Below are positions 39,698 to 51,789 of a stretch of 63,739 nt of DNA, in pieces. Source of the stretch: Aplysia californica (taxonomy: Eukaryota); contig NW_004797403.1 in the NCBI RefSeq assembly GCF_000002075.1, forward strand, positions 880,264-944,002, in the 5' to 3' direction. Position 1 is the stretch's first letter; each line of letters starts with the position of its first letter. The notes beneath the pieces are model-generated. The model saw only the letters and a list, made by a program, of their open reading frames with translations. It was not told where the DNA came from and ran no database searches. Both the position numbers and the translations under genes were made by a program.

Positions 39698-39790
39698 AAA
39701 CGTTCAAGACCTTTATGTCTATGTCTATTCAGATGTCCCCAAAACTACATTTTCCTGACAGCCATATAGAGCTTTCATTTTGGTAGTCGT
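39455..39790 (-). mobile_element. RTE-type LINE 3' fragment interrupted by (GA)n
   Basis: Minus strand GKIEGKRDRGWSRETYL resembles the RTE C-terminal EGKRxRGRPR motif. Confidence 0.55.
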
Positions 39791-39905
39791 TGAGATATTT
39801 CTATTTTTCAGGATTGGGCTCATTTTATTGAAACTATCCTTAGCCATTGCAAGTTTTTGTTTTATTTCTGTGGAACATTTGGCCTAAGATGTTATTATAC
39901 GAGTA

Positions 39906-40309
39906 CGTTAATTAGTTTTAGTAAGGTTTTATGGCGCTCGCAAACTGCATAAGGTCATATGAGCGCCAAGGGGTGAATGTCAACAGAGAAGTCTAATCTG
40001 AGATTTGGACTTTCTCTGCTCACCTCTCTAGCCTCAACAGCACAAAGTCTGCTTCGACTATCAAGACACCCCGGAAATAGCAGTTCACAAGAAAGTGACA
40101 AATATACAAAACAAGTAGAGGGAAAATGACGATAGCTATGATGAGGAAAGAAAAGGCAGCAGTTCGCCCTATGTTGGCCCGGCACAGTATGAGCATGACA
40201 TTGATAAATCAGCCCATTTACAATGCTATTGTGCATTAAAGCATGTTAATATCCCCCTCTAGGGAATGGCCTAAAGACACTTCAGCCAGTAGCACTGCCC
40301 TGGTTGGGT
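39906..40309 (-). mobile_element. Retroposon family C fragment, copy 2
   Basis: Tail ggcgctcatatgaccttatgcagtttgcgagcgccataaaac on the minus strand, TSD tacgagta (39898-39905 / 40310-40317). Confidence 0.7.
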
Positions 40310-40317
40310 TACGAGTA

Positions 40318-41947
40318 CAGTGGCGTCCAAAAGAAATTTGAAAATGTAATCACCCAATCACCGTGTTATAACCTTGCACTATCCACCCACACAGCATACT
40401 AATTTAAAGCTAGATAAATTCTATATCATCTGACTCATTAACATTTCATCTATGTTAACGACCGACGTTTAGCCACTCAAACTTGATCTTAAAACATCAG
40501 GCTTGGTAAATTTGTGGGAAACCAAAGAAACGTAAAAGTGTGTTCGCGCCTATATGGAAGTGCATAAACATTGGTGGTCACCATTGGTGGAATGGACATG
40601 TATTGAATAGGCCTAGGCCTATCAAATAAAAAGGAAATATTATTGTCCTTGCAATGAACAGCACCTTCTGGTGATATTTTCCACCCCCCAAAAAATGAAA
40701 ACAGAGAGGTCACAAATACCATGCAAAACCTAGATTTAACATTACATGTGCTCAGTTTTTAGAAGCTATTAGTTTCAGCCTTAGTGCTGCTACCATAATG
40801 AAAGTAGATGGTACTACCTGCAGCTGTTCCTACTGTCTTGTAAGTGCATACGGGAGTATGAAAGGCTGAGTGAGTATACCATAAACAAATCCGGAGGGAG
40901 GGCCCCTAAGGCAGTCGACAGGCAGGAATGATCCAAGCTGTCTTCTGGCAGCCCCTGCAACTCTACATGTTCCAAATGTATTGACCTCGTCGCTCCTTCG
41001 GACTAAATCAGCAAAGACCTTATTTTAATATGGTGTCATTCAAGTAGACATCTCCATCTGTAGCAAAGCACTTTCCCACATGGGCAATGCCACTAAACAA
41101 TTATTCTTGGAAGACCAAACCATACCAACGTTGGAGTGGTCACCAGTTTAATAGCCCTGATATAAATCATACATGTTTGTAAAATACCATGAAACAGCAG
41201 CTGAAGCAAAGCTAATTTACTCCCAATTAAGACCCTTTGCAACTCTGTGACATTTGCGATGAAATGACAGATAACTATGTCCAAAATTTAATAGAGTCGA
41301 TGCCCAAAGGGTTCGTTTTCTACACAAAACCAATGGCTCCTGAGCAAGATAATAATTATCACATTTAGAGTTGTCCAATTTCTGCCTGATGGTTGCGATT
41401 GCTCCGTTTTCAATTTTCTTAGAAAGTATCGTAATAAAATAGTGTTCATTGCAGAGACAAATTTGTCCATTTATTGGATATGCAATGTATGTCCACTCTA
41501 TTAATTTGATCATCCACAATACACGCGCGAAGACAATTTTACATTTCTTTGATTTCGCACAATTTTGCCAAGCCTGCTTTCTTAAGGTCAACTTTTAGTT
41601 TTAATAAGAGTTTTCAGCACTTGCAACACAATAAGGTCATATAAGTGCCGGAGATTAGTAGAGGTGTTACAAGAGAGTAACAAGCACAATAAAGAAGGAG
41701 GGGAGATAAAGACGATAGATGTTCGATAGGAAAGAAGAAGAAGCAGCAAACCACACCAGCGCACCCGCCAAACACATACAAGGTCAACTTTGAGTAACCA
41801 TATTATTTTATGTCGAGAGTCTCTAAACATAGCTGCATGATTAGTATATCAGATGATGCAGAATTTATGTCTGCATGAGTGAGCAGTGCAAGGTTTTAAC
41901 ACGACGACGGGGTGGTTACAATTTCAAGTTTCTTTTGGACGCCACTG
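40318..41947. mobile_element. 1.6-kb Tc1/mariner-type element with TA TSD and decayed interior
   Basis: TA|CAGTGGCGTCCAAAAGAAA.TTGAAA.TGTAA.CACCC...GGGTGGTTACAATTTCAAGTTTCTTTTGGACGCCACTG|TA. Confidence 0.8.
41592..41772 (-). mobile_element. Short retroposon family D (representative copy; others at about 22388-22545, 22630-23000, 38950-39060, 39212-39452, 54132-54270, 56478-56656)
   Basis: Recurrent gtggtttgct.cttc...gtaacacctcta...gcacttatatgaccttattgtgttgcaagtgctg.aaaactc + taaaactaaaa tail. Confidence 0.7.
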
Positions 41948-42019
41948 TATATCCTAGCTATTAAAACTGTTGGACTTGTTCGATCTTTAAAGTAAGTGCT
42001 TTTTTCGCTCCCATCGACC

Positions 42020-42195
42020 TAATTTAAATGATTTAAGGGGTGGGCTTCAACCCTGCCTGTGTGGGCCAACCTGGGCTGAGAAGGATTTAACGTCCCAGCC
42101 GAAAGACAAAGATGCGAGATAAGAATTCTCCCCATACGGGAATCAAACTCGGGTCATCTGCAAGGGAAGGTGACTCTGTGCTATATCACAGATGC
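42020..42195 (-). mobile_element. tRNA-derived SINE family B, copy 2
   Basis: Shares ccctgcctg...cccatacgggaatc.aactcgggtc with copy 1 and carries gtctttcggctgggacgttaaatcc on the minus strand. Confidence 0.65.
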
Positions 42196-42274
42196 CGGTA
42201 CCCAGGCTGAAGGGGATGCAGGGTCTAAGCATAAACACACAAACGAGATACTCCTTAAAAATAAACTTCCCTTA

Positions 42275-42514
42275 CCCGATCCGTACGTCGTGTTTTACTA
42301 TCGTATCCATACGACGTGGGGAACTCTGTACCACCACTTTCCAGAGTGGAAATTTACTCGTTAATCCAATCCGTACGCTTTGCATAGCAGTCTTTCAAAA
42401 CGATTTTTTGAGAAATACTGAAAGTTTCAAAGAGATCTTCATACAAAAAGTATTCTAAAATGAGAAGAATACAACCCTGGGGGCACAAAATGACCACAGG
42501 ACAAACGGATAGGG
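42275..42514. mobile_element. TTAA-type MITE, copy 2
   Basis: Colinear with 220-457 (ttttactatcgtatccatac...tccgtacgctttgcatagcagtct...acggataggg). Confidence 0.7.
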
Positions 42515-43095
42515 CTAAACAGGTATCGGTCTCATAGTTTTGTTTGTGTAAAGAGAAGCACATCGACACAATAATGGTCATTGAGTGCAGGGAAACAGTC
42601 AGACAGACAGACATAAACAACAGACGGAAAGTAAAGAAGTAAGATCTACCAGTCTGGTACCAGTTGTGGCCTCCAACCACCAGCATAACCATTGCACCAC
42701 AGATGCCAATATGTATGTAAAATTATGAACAAAACACTCAAATAGAAGAAAAAAAGACGTACAAGTTTTCTTGTTTGTTTATTGTATTGGCTCAGAAAGT
42801 CTAAAACACTAAAAGCAGTGATTTTCTTCACCAAAAAGTCAGAATGCATAACCTAACAAAGGTGAACATTAGTGAAGTCAAGGGCAGAGAGAATCAAATA
42901 ATATGAAATAGGAGTTTGAATAGGGGAATAATACCAGCCCCAAGGATGCAGAAGTGTAAAATTTGGTTAAACCTCTAAACATTCTTCAGAGACTGAGAGC
43001 ACTGATTAGAAAGTGTGCGAGATACATGGGAGAACACATGCGGGTGCGTATGCAGGAATGTGTGTAGGTCTACATGATCGTGTGTGTGTCTGAAT

Positions 43096-43151
<56 letters not shown>

Positions 43152-43159
43152 CTGGTGAA

Positions 43160-43213
43160 ACACCAAACCAATGTGCCAGGATCTGGACAATAAAGAATTA
43201 TCTATCTTATCTC
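43160..43213 (+). repeat. LINE-like 3' tail following (GT)n, also at 6477-6528
   Basis: accaaaccaatgtgcca.gat.tggacAATAAAga...(tatct)n occurs twice. Confidence 0.6.
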
Positions 43214-43787
43214 AAACAGTGCATTATGCGGTAAACAATAAAAAAAAATCACAGAAGGAGTAACAATGAGTGGGCACTCCACAACATCAACAGAACTATG
43301 CCGCACTCTTTGACACGTCAGTCAAAAAACTAAAGTCTGGTATAGCAAGGATTTTAAGCTCTCTTCAACATTTTAAGGTTACAGTAAGAAGGGGGGGACA
43401 CCTCCAAATTTAAATTCCATCTTCGATGGACCAACAAGCTATGAAAACTCTTTAAACAACTTAAGTTTTAGAACTCAAAATAGATTTTTCGAACCATGGT
43501 CATCTGTGCCACAGCCAAGCATGATACATACTGAGCCAGTGGCACAGAAATTTGCTCAAAGGCTGGTACAATAGCGTGGAGAGGCATGCGAGATAACTTT
43601 TCCATAGTCGACAGGTTTGACTTGAGTGCCTCAGCATTATTTGCTCCTCTTGAAAACTTGTAGTTAACACAACAGCTACTTCAAATGATTCTTACTATTT
43701 TAAAATAAATATTGGAATATCCTGATGAGAAAGCTGCAACATGCCACAGTACCCTAGAGAGAAAAGAGCCCTGCTCTGCAGACAAAT

Positions 43788-44221
43788 GTGAGCCAGCGTG
43801 GTGGAATCAGGCTCTCGTCAATTTTTGGGCATGTAGAGTTATTGGTATCATCTTAAAGCTTGTTCATTTGTCTTTATTTGGGTGAAAAAATATCAATTTA
43901 TTTTGAGTGCAAGTCGAGATATTTGCCAATGAAGGGGGTGGGGGTCACCTGTTTTCAGAGGTAAGATTAGTGAGAAAATGGCGGCCAAAGATTAGTTATT
44001 TCCTTAGCTTAAGAGTCCGTGGTAACTGAAAATGTACATTTTTTGGGCCTTTAATCAACGTTTTTCAGAAAAATCCATACAGAAATGAGTTCTTTAATGA
44101 GCATGAAAGGTGTTGAGCCAAAAAACAAAAATTTGAAAAAAATTCACAAACCTGTGGAAAAATGCAAGTTTCTTCACTTTGATTATTTTGACGAGAGCCT
44201 GATTCCACCACGCTGCCTCAC
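43788..44221. mobile_element. Sola1-like MITE, copy C
   Basis: AAAT|gtgagccagcgtggtggaatcaggctctcgtcaa...ttgacgagagcctgattccaccacgctgcctcac|AAAT. Confidence 0.85.
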
Positions 44222-46254
44222 AAATATTTCCATGCATGAGTTTGTGTTTACAGGTCTTGAATTCATTCTTGTTATCTTCTTCCATTTCAGATACAAAACA
44301 AATTTAGTATTTCAAAATCATGACATCTTTATCTACTACAAAACAGCTCAGCTGCTCCAACAAACATGGAACACAAACATGTGTATATATGTATGTGTAA
44401 AAATAAAGAGCACAGACATTATTAAAAGACCAACAGAGTTCTCAAACAGTTAAGACAACATATAAACAGAAAAAAGTGAACATCAAATAGCTGAAGGCAA
44501 GGATGAGCAGAACCTCTAAAATATCTTTCTCTGACACATCGGGGGAGCAACACTGGGAATCTGAGAAAAAGTTATAACGATACTGAGCACAACATTTCGG
44601 CAAATCAATTTTCTCGGCGAAAAGTAGAATCTTAAACATCACATTGATAACGCTCATCCCGGCAAAAAGAGCCTACTAGAGCCCTTCTTGGATAATTACA
44701 CCCAGGAAAATGCAAAGATAATGATTTATCTGTCTTCGCTCAAAAGATTCCAGGACTCTGCCCATAATAATAATAATAAATAACAACTGCATTTACATGT
44801 ATATAGCACATATCCATGCTCTAACTTCTAAGGCATGTTCTATGCACTTTAGAAGTATAATCACCCAAGTAATTAAATACAGACCGGCTTCATATAGTAA
44901 ACAGGATATGAGTCAAGTTTAGTCATATTTGAGGAGATTTTCTGTCACGCATCATACAATTAGTGAAAAAAAATATCTCTCTGCCCAACATACCTCAAAT
45001 ATTAACTTAAAAATTCGATATAAAATAAATAATCACAAAGGCGGAAAAACTTTTAATTTCCTTATAAACAACCCTTCCACTTGGAGTTCCATTAAGAGCC
45101 TTACGGAGTAGATTTGAACAAATGGAGGAATGGTATGATTCAGACCTAAACATAAATGAACAGAGAAGCCAAAATATCTTTTTCATTATTCTCACTTTAA
45201 AACATCCAAAATTTGACTATTTATAAATCTTATTATGCCCAATGATCTATACAAATATAAAGCCATACAAAAAAATTAGCTTACAACTCATGGCAGTTAT
45301 ACAAATATTACGGAGTAGCTGATTACATGTACATTAAAACATAAAAGTTGAGACTAAAAGCCAGTGGACACCTTGGTATCTCGCATCCTAATTTACAAGT
45401 TTATTTTTACGATTTCATCTCCAAATCACATGAAGAAAAAAAATGAAATAGTCAAAATATTCTTGACATTTCCTAAAGATAAAAACATTAATCACAACCC
45501 TCAACAATAAAAGTAGACATTGGTACTTGTCATAGGCCTCCAAAATCCCATGTTTGAAACCTTTGAGAGTTGAAGGATTATGTGTGAATGCTGAGCTTTA
45601 TGTTGAAATTATTCTTTTTTTTATTCATAAGCCATGACACCTACTCCATCCATCAAAGAAAATCTCAACTTACATGAGTAAAACAAACGTATCACTTTCT
45701 TCATCCTTTTCTGGCTCAGAAGAAGAACTTTCATACCAAAACAAGATCAAAACAGCTGTAATTTGTTCAGTTTTTGCATAAAATGAGAGAACTAGATCAA
45801 GGCCACCAGTAGCCAGCACCCTCCACTGCCCCAGTGCACTCTATACATAAATAGTACTATCCTGGAGTGATCATGTAAAAGACAGCAAAAACAAATGTCA
45901 TGACATCTAGCAAAATGAACACATCTCCTTACTGTTGAATGAAATTCTTTAGACATTTTCCTAACATGGGTAAAGAAACGGGATAAAATATGAATAGGTT
46001 TATTTAAGTAAAGAAATGATTCGGGACAAGAGTCAAGGCAAATAGAAGTCAATGGAAAACATGCCCAACAAGCATGGCACATGCTATCTCCAGCATCTCA
46101 AAAGCTAGTGCACTATCAAATCAAATCAAACACAAATCACAAACAACAAGGACATCTATACAAATTTTCAAAAATGACTCCAAACGGCAGTCACCATAAA
46201 GTAAGTCTACACTTTGCTCTTGAATTGAAATATTGGTTCCAGTGCTACTAGTTT

Positions 46255-46650
46255 ATTAACAGGCCATGCCGTAAGATGCCTGACTTCAGAATCCCAAAGG
46301 GAGTATTCTACTCTGAGCTGTCCTCATGAAGGCAAAATGCTGGTGAACCAAATAGACACTATTAAGGCATTCTAAAAATGTCTCTGAAGGACTTCAACCC
46401 TTGACATGGGAGAGCAACTATCACAGAGGGCAGCAAATCCTATGAGGCGTCGCAAATTACAAATGCAAGTTGTGCACATCAGAAGTGGCGATAAGGCTTT
46501 TAAATGCTCAAAATGCGGCAAACTCTTTTCTACCAGAATAAGTCTTATTGGCCACATCAAAAGTCACAAATGGTCTTCTACACGTAGTTCTCTTTCTGAA
46601 ATTACCTCTGAAGAAACACTGGTCATCATCAGATATTGATGGACAAACTA
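46255..46650 (+). mobile_element. RTE-clade LINE 3' end with C-terminal C2H2-like finger
   Basis: RIPKGVFYSEL...LKMSLKDF...WRATITEG, then RRRKL...FKCSKCGKLFSTRISLIGHIKSH and an RTE-like 3' UTR (ggtcatcatc...gatggac). Stops and frameshifts present. Confidence 0.75.
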
Positions 46651-47069
46651 TTATCCGAGACAATATTTCTCATAAGTGAAAAGAAGGCACAATATGATAC
46701 GAACAACAAGGCATTAGAATTTTCCTCATATAAAACCCAAGCACTCTGCAATCACTTGCTGCTTCTACACACTTAAATCAAAACTTTTCCTGTCATGGAA
46801 CAAAGCTTTGAACACAAACAGGTAGCTTGCTGGTCAATTTCATAAGAATAGCCAAAAACCAACCCATTCTCATATATATCACACTGATACATAAACAAAA
46901 AAAAAGGAAGCGTATTCACATGCTTCTTTTAAACATGCTATCTATTAATTTTCTTTGCTCCCACATCCAAAGCAACAGATCTAAATCTGAATTAAATTCC
47001 TCCATTTTTTTAGTCTAGTGCCTAAGAGTTCACAAAATATGTAAGATAATGTTATGTCACTATAGTAAC

Positions 47070-47400
47070 AATTATTGCATTATATAGTGCATACCCAGTG
47101 CTCTACAGCATGCTCTAAACACTTTACAACTATTATTACCCCAGCAGACCCTACAAAAATACTGAGAAACATTCTCTGCTTCTCAGGAGGCATGCAGTGC
47201 AAGCTGCAGATAACACGCACTCAAACACTAACAAACTGATGATATTTTGCTGTCAAAAGCGGGGTACCCATTCCTCCTTGGGTGAAGTAAGGAAAATTCA
47301 TGTAAGTGCCTTTCCTATGAACACATCGTCAGGCCCCCAACAGGATTCGAATCTATGACTTTATGGATGGGAGTTCCAAAGCCTAACCGCTAGGCCATTG
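47070..47400 (-). mobile_element. CORE-type tRNA SINE
   Basis: Minus strand: tggcctagcggttagg (A box), gattcgaatcc (B box), then the CORE-like gaaaggcacttac...tttccttacttcaccca...aatgggtacc. A related tail fragment lies at about 44770-44870. Confidence 0.75.
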
Positions 47401-48053
47401 ACCAAAAATTGAAAGAACAATGATGCCATTCAGGGGCTTTGAACCACAACCATTTGCCTGGAAATCATGATAGCTATGAGAAACACATTCAGTCAGAGAA
47501 AGAGAATTCAGTAAAATTTTCAAGCAGCATAAGTTGTTAAAGCTTACAAAAATTCATTTCAATTCTAATTCTTCAAATGATGAACAAGCAGAGACAAACA
47601 TCTATGACTGTTTTAGTGCAAAAGTAAGAAAGAGTACAGGTAAATAGTCAGGAAAGGTAAACATTGTTTGTTGCACTTTGGAAATGTCAGCACACACACA
47701 CTTTCAGTATATTGGAGTGGCCAGCCAACTACAAGGCGAACAATCTTCAGGAAATAGTTGTGATGAATTTGACCAGCAACTTCTCTTCACAGCTAAGAAA
47801 AAGCCATTTAAATTCATTTGCCATCCAGCTATTAAAATTTTCAAGTGATCACGTAACCTTTAACTTCAATTTCGTTGTCACTTATGGAAGAGAGAAATGG
47901 TGAAGCCTAAATAGAGTTGACGGGAGGAGAAACCATAAAATGTAAAGATTTTCTGTTCCAAACGCCTTCACGGGTGGTAAGGCTGTATACAGATATAACA
48001 CAGACAGACAAACTGTCCGAATATGAAAAAAAAGTCAACTGGATGTGTCCGTT

Positions 48054-48202
48054 CTACACAGAGGCCAGTAAACTGACCAGCGAGCATATCATGACAGTGA
48101 GAAGAACATTGGCCAGGTGTATTGGCACGGCCCCATCTATTCCATTGCAGTCGTCATTCCTACAGGATATATTCAGCACCAGTGGCACCTCGCTGGAGAT
48201 CT
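48054..48202 (-). CDS. CD109: CD109/TEP-like terminal exon with GPI-signal-like C-terminus
   Basis: ttttctcggcag acceptor, phase 1. EISSEVPLVLNISCRNDDCNGIDGAVPIHLANVLLTVMICSLVSLLASV-TAG: two Cys, small residues (N-G), then a hydrophobic tail with no cytoplasmic extension. Confidence 0.88.
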
Positions 48203-48928
48203 CTGCCGAGAAAAGTTGAGAAAATATTGATGGTAATTTTGACACATTTATTACACAAATTAGTGTAGTTGCCTTGTTCATGATTATTCCAGGATGAGAC
48301 ATGTGATTGTCACTTACCTGTATTGCCTGTCCTGGGCAACAACGAACGTCATTGCACATCGGACAGGTCCATAAGTGCTCAGTTCCTCACAGCACCAAAG
48401 CCCGCAAGGAAGATTGGCACTTATTTTACAACATGACTTGGACACAGATTTGGTTAGTTACTTAGTCCTTTGAACCTTCTGCACCGAAATATCAGTATGA
48501 ATGCAACGCAGCAAATACCCTGGGGTACCAAAATATCGATATGACATACCCGCCTAATTATGATGTACGTTTACGGAAATAGAACAGAAATACGAAACAT
48601 CAATATGCACCAGGATAGTGATATTACAAACAATATAAAATGAGACAAATAAATAAGACCAATACTTATATGAGCTGTTCAGAAGTATACCTAAAAAATC
48701 AATGGAATAACTCAGGAGCCCAGAGAATAGCCCATTTAAGGCTCAGGAGCCCAGGGTTCAAAGGGACAAAGGGATAATCATGATCTCACAGGATGAGGTA
48801 ATTGATTATCACTTATTTTGTCATGATTTTGACACATATTAGGTTAGCTACTTTGTTCATGACCTAACATAACAAGACAACAGATTGTCATGTTGTAAGT
48901 TGCCCTTAAACTCTCTCTCTTGCCCTTT

Positions 48929-49171
48929 TTAAAACCCAGTGGAGCACAGGCCATCAACAACATTACTCCAGCGAAGCCTGTCCTGAGCATCCTTTTCTAT
49001 CTGTTTCCATGATGTCCCCGCTTTTTCAATTTCTGCTTGTACCGCTCGCCTCCATGTAATCTTTGGTCTTCCCTTCTTACGCTTTTCTTGTGGGTTCCAT
49101 GTTAAAGCCTGCCTGATGATGCTTGTCGGGGGTCTCCTCAAGGTGTGTCCAATCCATTTCCATTTCTTCAC
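48929..49171 (-). mobile_element. RTE-type LINE 3' fragment
   Basis: KWKWIGHTLRRPPTSIIRQALTWNPQEKRKKGRPKITWRR...AQDRLRWSNVVDGLCSTG is a typical RTE ORF C-terminus. Confidence 0.88.
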
Positions 49172-49217
49172 CTGAATGTCTTCCTTTACTGGCCTTTGGC
49201 TTGTTCTCTCCCTTTAA

Positions 49218-50218
49218 CTCATTCGCTACATATTATTTTCAGCTTGTGGACAAATTTTTTTCGGAAGGGCGAAATGAGATGATGACTAGTGTGCAGTTCA
49301 AAGGTCTTTGGGGCCACAAATTCAAATAAATATCAACACATTATTTACCAAATTTTTCAGTATGGTTTGTAGAATACATCTGTAATATTTATATGTGTAT
49401 TTTCCAACTTTGGTTCCTGTAAGAGGCGATTATGCAACACAATTTTGCCTGGATGCAGATAAAATTTGAAAATAAAAAACAAATAATCTTTGGTGAAACT
49501 CAAAAAATATGTTTGCACCTTGTCAAATGATACATTAAAAAAAAACATACATGAATATAGAACTGGAAAATATTGAAAAATTTCCAGTTATTTGCTTACA
49601 TTTCATAAAATGAGTACATTTGGATCATAACATCCGATATTGAATTTAAAAAATATATAAAATTTATAATCTTGAAAAAAGGACAAGATGCGTTCACAAA
49701 CAGAAAAAAAACACTCGCATCTTATATGGAATTATTCAGAATTGCATTTGGAATAAACCTATACTTGTCTTGAGTGGTACTTTTTGTGTAATTGTGTAAT
49801 TTTGTAGACCAAGATCTAGCACTCAAAAATATTGATTTCTCAATAACAGTGCACTGGCAATATGAGTCCAATAGTATCAATATTATAAAGAAGAGTCCAA
49901 CATTTCTTTAGTGAGAAAAATAATGATACATTTTGTTGTGTAAAAGTACTAAGACTAGTGTCTGGGCTATAATTTGGGCTTCACGATAAAACAAAGTCGC
50001 ATAAACTATGAAATCGCGTTTCAAAAGAGAATCTAAACTTCCGATTTTCTGTGGAAACGCTCGACCCGGAAGTCAATGTTATATTATAATCTTTATTTTA
50101 ACATGGATATGTGGATTGGAATAAAATCTAAGTTAGAATTATAGGCCGGTGCGCGAGCCGCCGCATACTGACAGCACTTTAGCCGTGCCGCCCACCACGG
50201 CTCGGCGTAGCGAATGAG
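49218..50218. mobile_element. 1-kb non-autonomous element with TTAA-type TSD (piggyBac-like)
   Basis: TTAA|CTCATTCGCTAC...GTAGCGAATGAG|TCAA. Confidence 0.65.
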
Positions 50219-50444
50219 TCAAAACAAAAATCCCATTATTTCCTTCACTCATGATTAGAGGCCAAAACAGAAGGAAAAAAACAAACAAAGACTTTTACAT
50301 CCCTTTTAACACAACCATAAATATCAACAGAACAACATCTAACTCTAACGATGCTTATCTTACTACCAATATTTGCAACTTTCAATGGCTTCTCTCTAGT
50401 GTTACAACACAAAATATTATATCACATTGCCCTTAGAACATTAC

Positions 50445-50547
50445 CTGGTTCATAGTAGGAATAAAACTTGGCAGAGCCCGGCTTCTGTACTTCAAAGTCA
50501 ATTTCTGATTCCAGATCAGCTTCAAAGCAATAACCAGATCCTGGGGG
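50445..50547 (-). CDS. CD109: CD109/TEP-like exon (MG8 end)
   Basis: 103 bp, PPGSGYCFEADLESEIDFEVQKPGSAKFYSYYEP, with the A2M-family QKP...YxYYEP motif. ctgttcag/gtaatg, phase 0-1. Confidence 0.92.
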
Positions 50548-51207
50548 CTGAACAGACAAGAGCAGAACTCAACTTTATCTCACAGGGAAAAAAGGAGCGG
50601 GTAGGTGAGCGTGTGTGTGTGTGGGGGGGGGGGGGGGGGAGTGTGTGTGTGCAGGTGTGTAAAAGACAATGTGAGTGTCGGAATGGAAATAGGAAGTAGC
50701 CATTTGTACAGGTGATTATCATATACACATGGCTGTAAGAGCAGGTTCCACTGTAGTATGTTTTTTACTTTTCCAAGACAAATTAGAATTCCCATTCGAC
50801 GTGCCTTGTGCATGGCCACTGCACAACACTGTAAGTGAGCTGCATGTTAAAACATCAATTATACTGATAGGAAATAGGATAAAAACTAAAACAGTGGGGG
50901 GTAAACACTAAAGTCTATTTCAACTGTACATTCACTCAGCTGTGGTCACCAAATGAAGGAACTCCACTGCACAAGTGCTCAGAAACCTCACAGATGGCAT
51001 ATATTTTATTCTAGTTTACACACAAAACTTAAAAGGAAATTTGAACTGAATTCATTTGCCAACCAGGTTCTGATTCCTATTTTTCAAGTTTAAATTTTGG
51101 CTGTGATACTTGACACGGCTAGATATAAAGAAGTGACGGAGTAGAACTGGAAGTTGGACATGGTACAATAGAAATATTCTTTTCATCCATCAGCGCAAAA
51201 GCCTTAC

Positions 51208-51364
51208 CCCATCTGTATAAAAGTGCAGTTCAGTGTCCTCTGGTTCTATGCGTTTGGCGTGTGGGTTTTTCCGCATGAGGGTGGTGACATCATCTAAAAC
51301 CCGTTCTCCGGACGGCATAATCAGAGAAGCCACCATCATGCTATCTTCTGTCAGTTTGTTGGAG
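51208..51364 (-). CDS. CD109: CD109/TEP-like exon (MG8 / A2M receptor-binding domain)
   Basis: 157 bp, SSNKLTEDSMMVASLIMPSGERVLDDVTTLMRKNPHAKRIEPEDTELHFYTDG, matching the A2M_recep pattern SxM....PSG....KRxE....FY. Phase 2-0. Confidence 0.9.
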
Positions 51365-51789
51365 CTGTGGATCATAAAGGGGAAGATTAATACTAACAGA
51401 AAGATACCTCAACACCTTCGTCAGTCCAAGAAATGTAGAAAAAAAGTATATTCTTATTTATAACTCAAGGATGGATTATTTTCGTTTTACCTGTTAATGG
51501 AACAAAATAACTTTTACTTATCAGAATCACTATCACTATAAAATTACTACAATATCATCATCATCAAAATTAAAGTCGTACTTTTTTAAGCAACCTTCAG
51601 TTCGGATCACTGGAAAGCGTTTTCATAAAGACCCAAATATTAGGAAGTTTTTGCAGCCACTCTATCTATTCTGACATTATAAACTAACATAATAAAACAT
51701 GGTGATATATATGCATTTTTTTTGCAACCAATGATGAGGGACCTCAAATACAAACTTTAATTGTATGTCTTTGAAAACTTTGAACTCTT

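Noticed and set aside
46406-46639. C2H2 zinc-finger transcription factor exon
   Set aside because: A single finger preceded by decayed RTE ORF motifs with stops and followed by an RTE-like UTR; it is a LINE 3' end.
47917-48219. 100-aa + strand ORF
   Set aside because: Antisense shadow of the CD109-like terminal exon.
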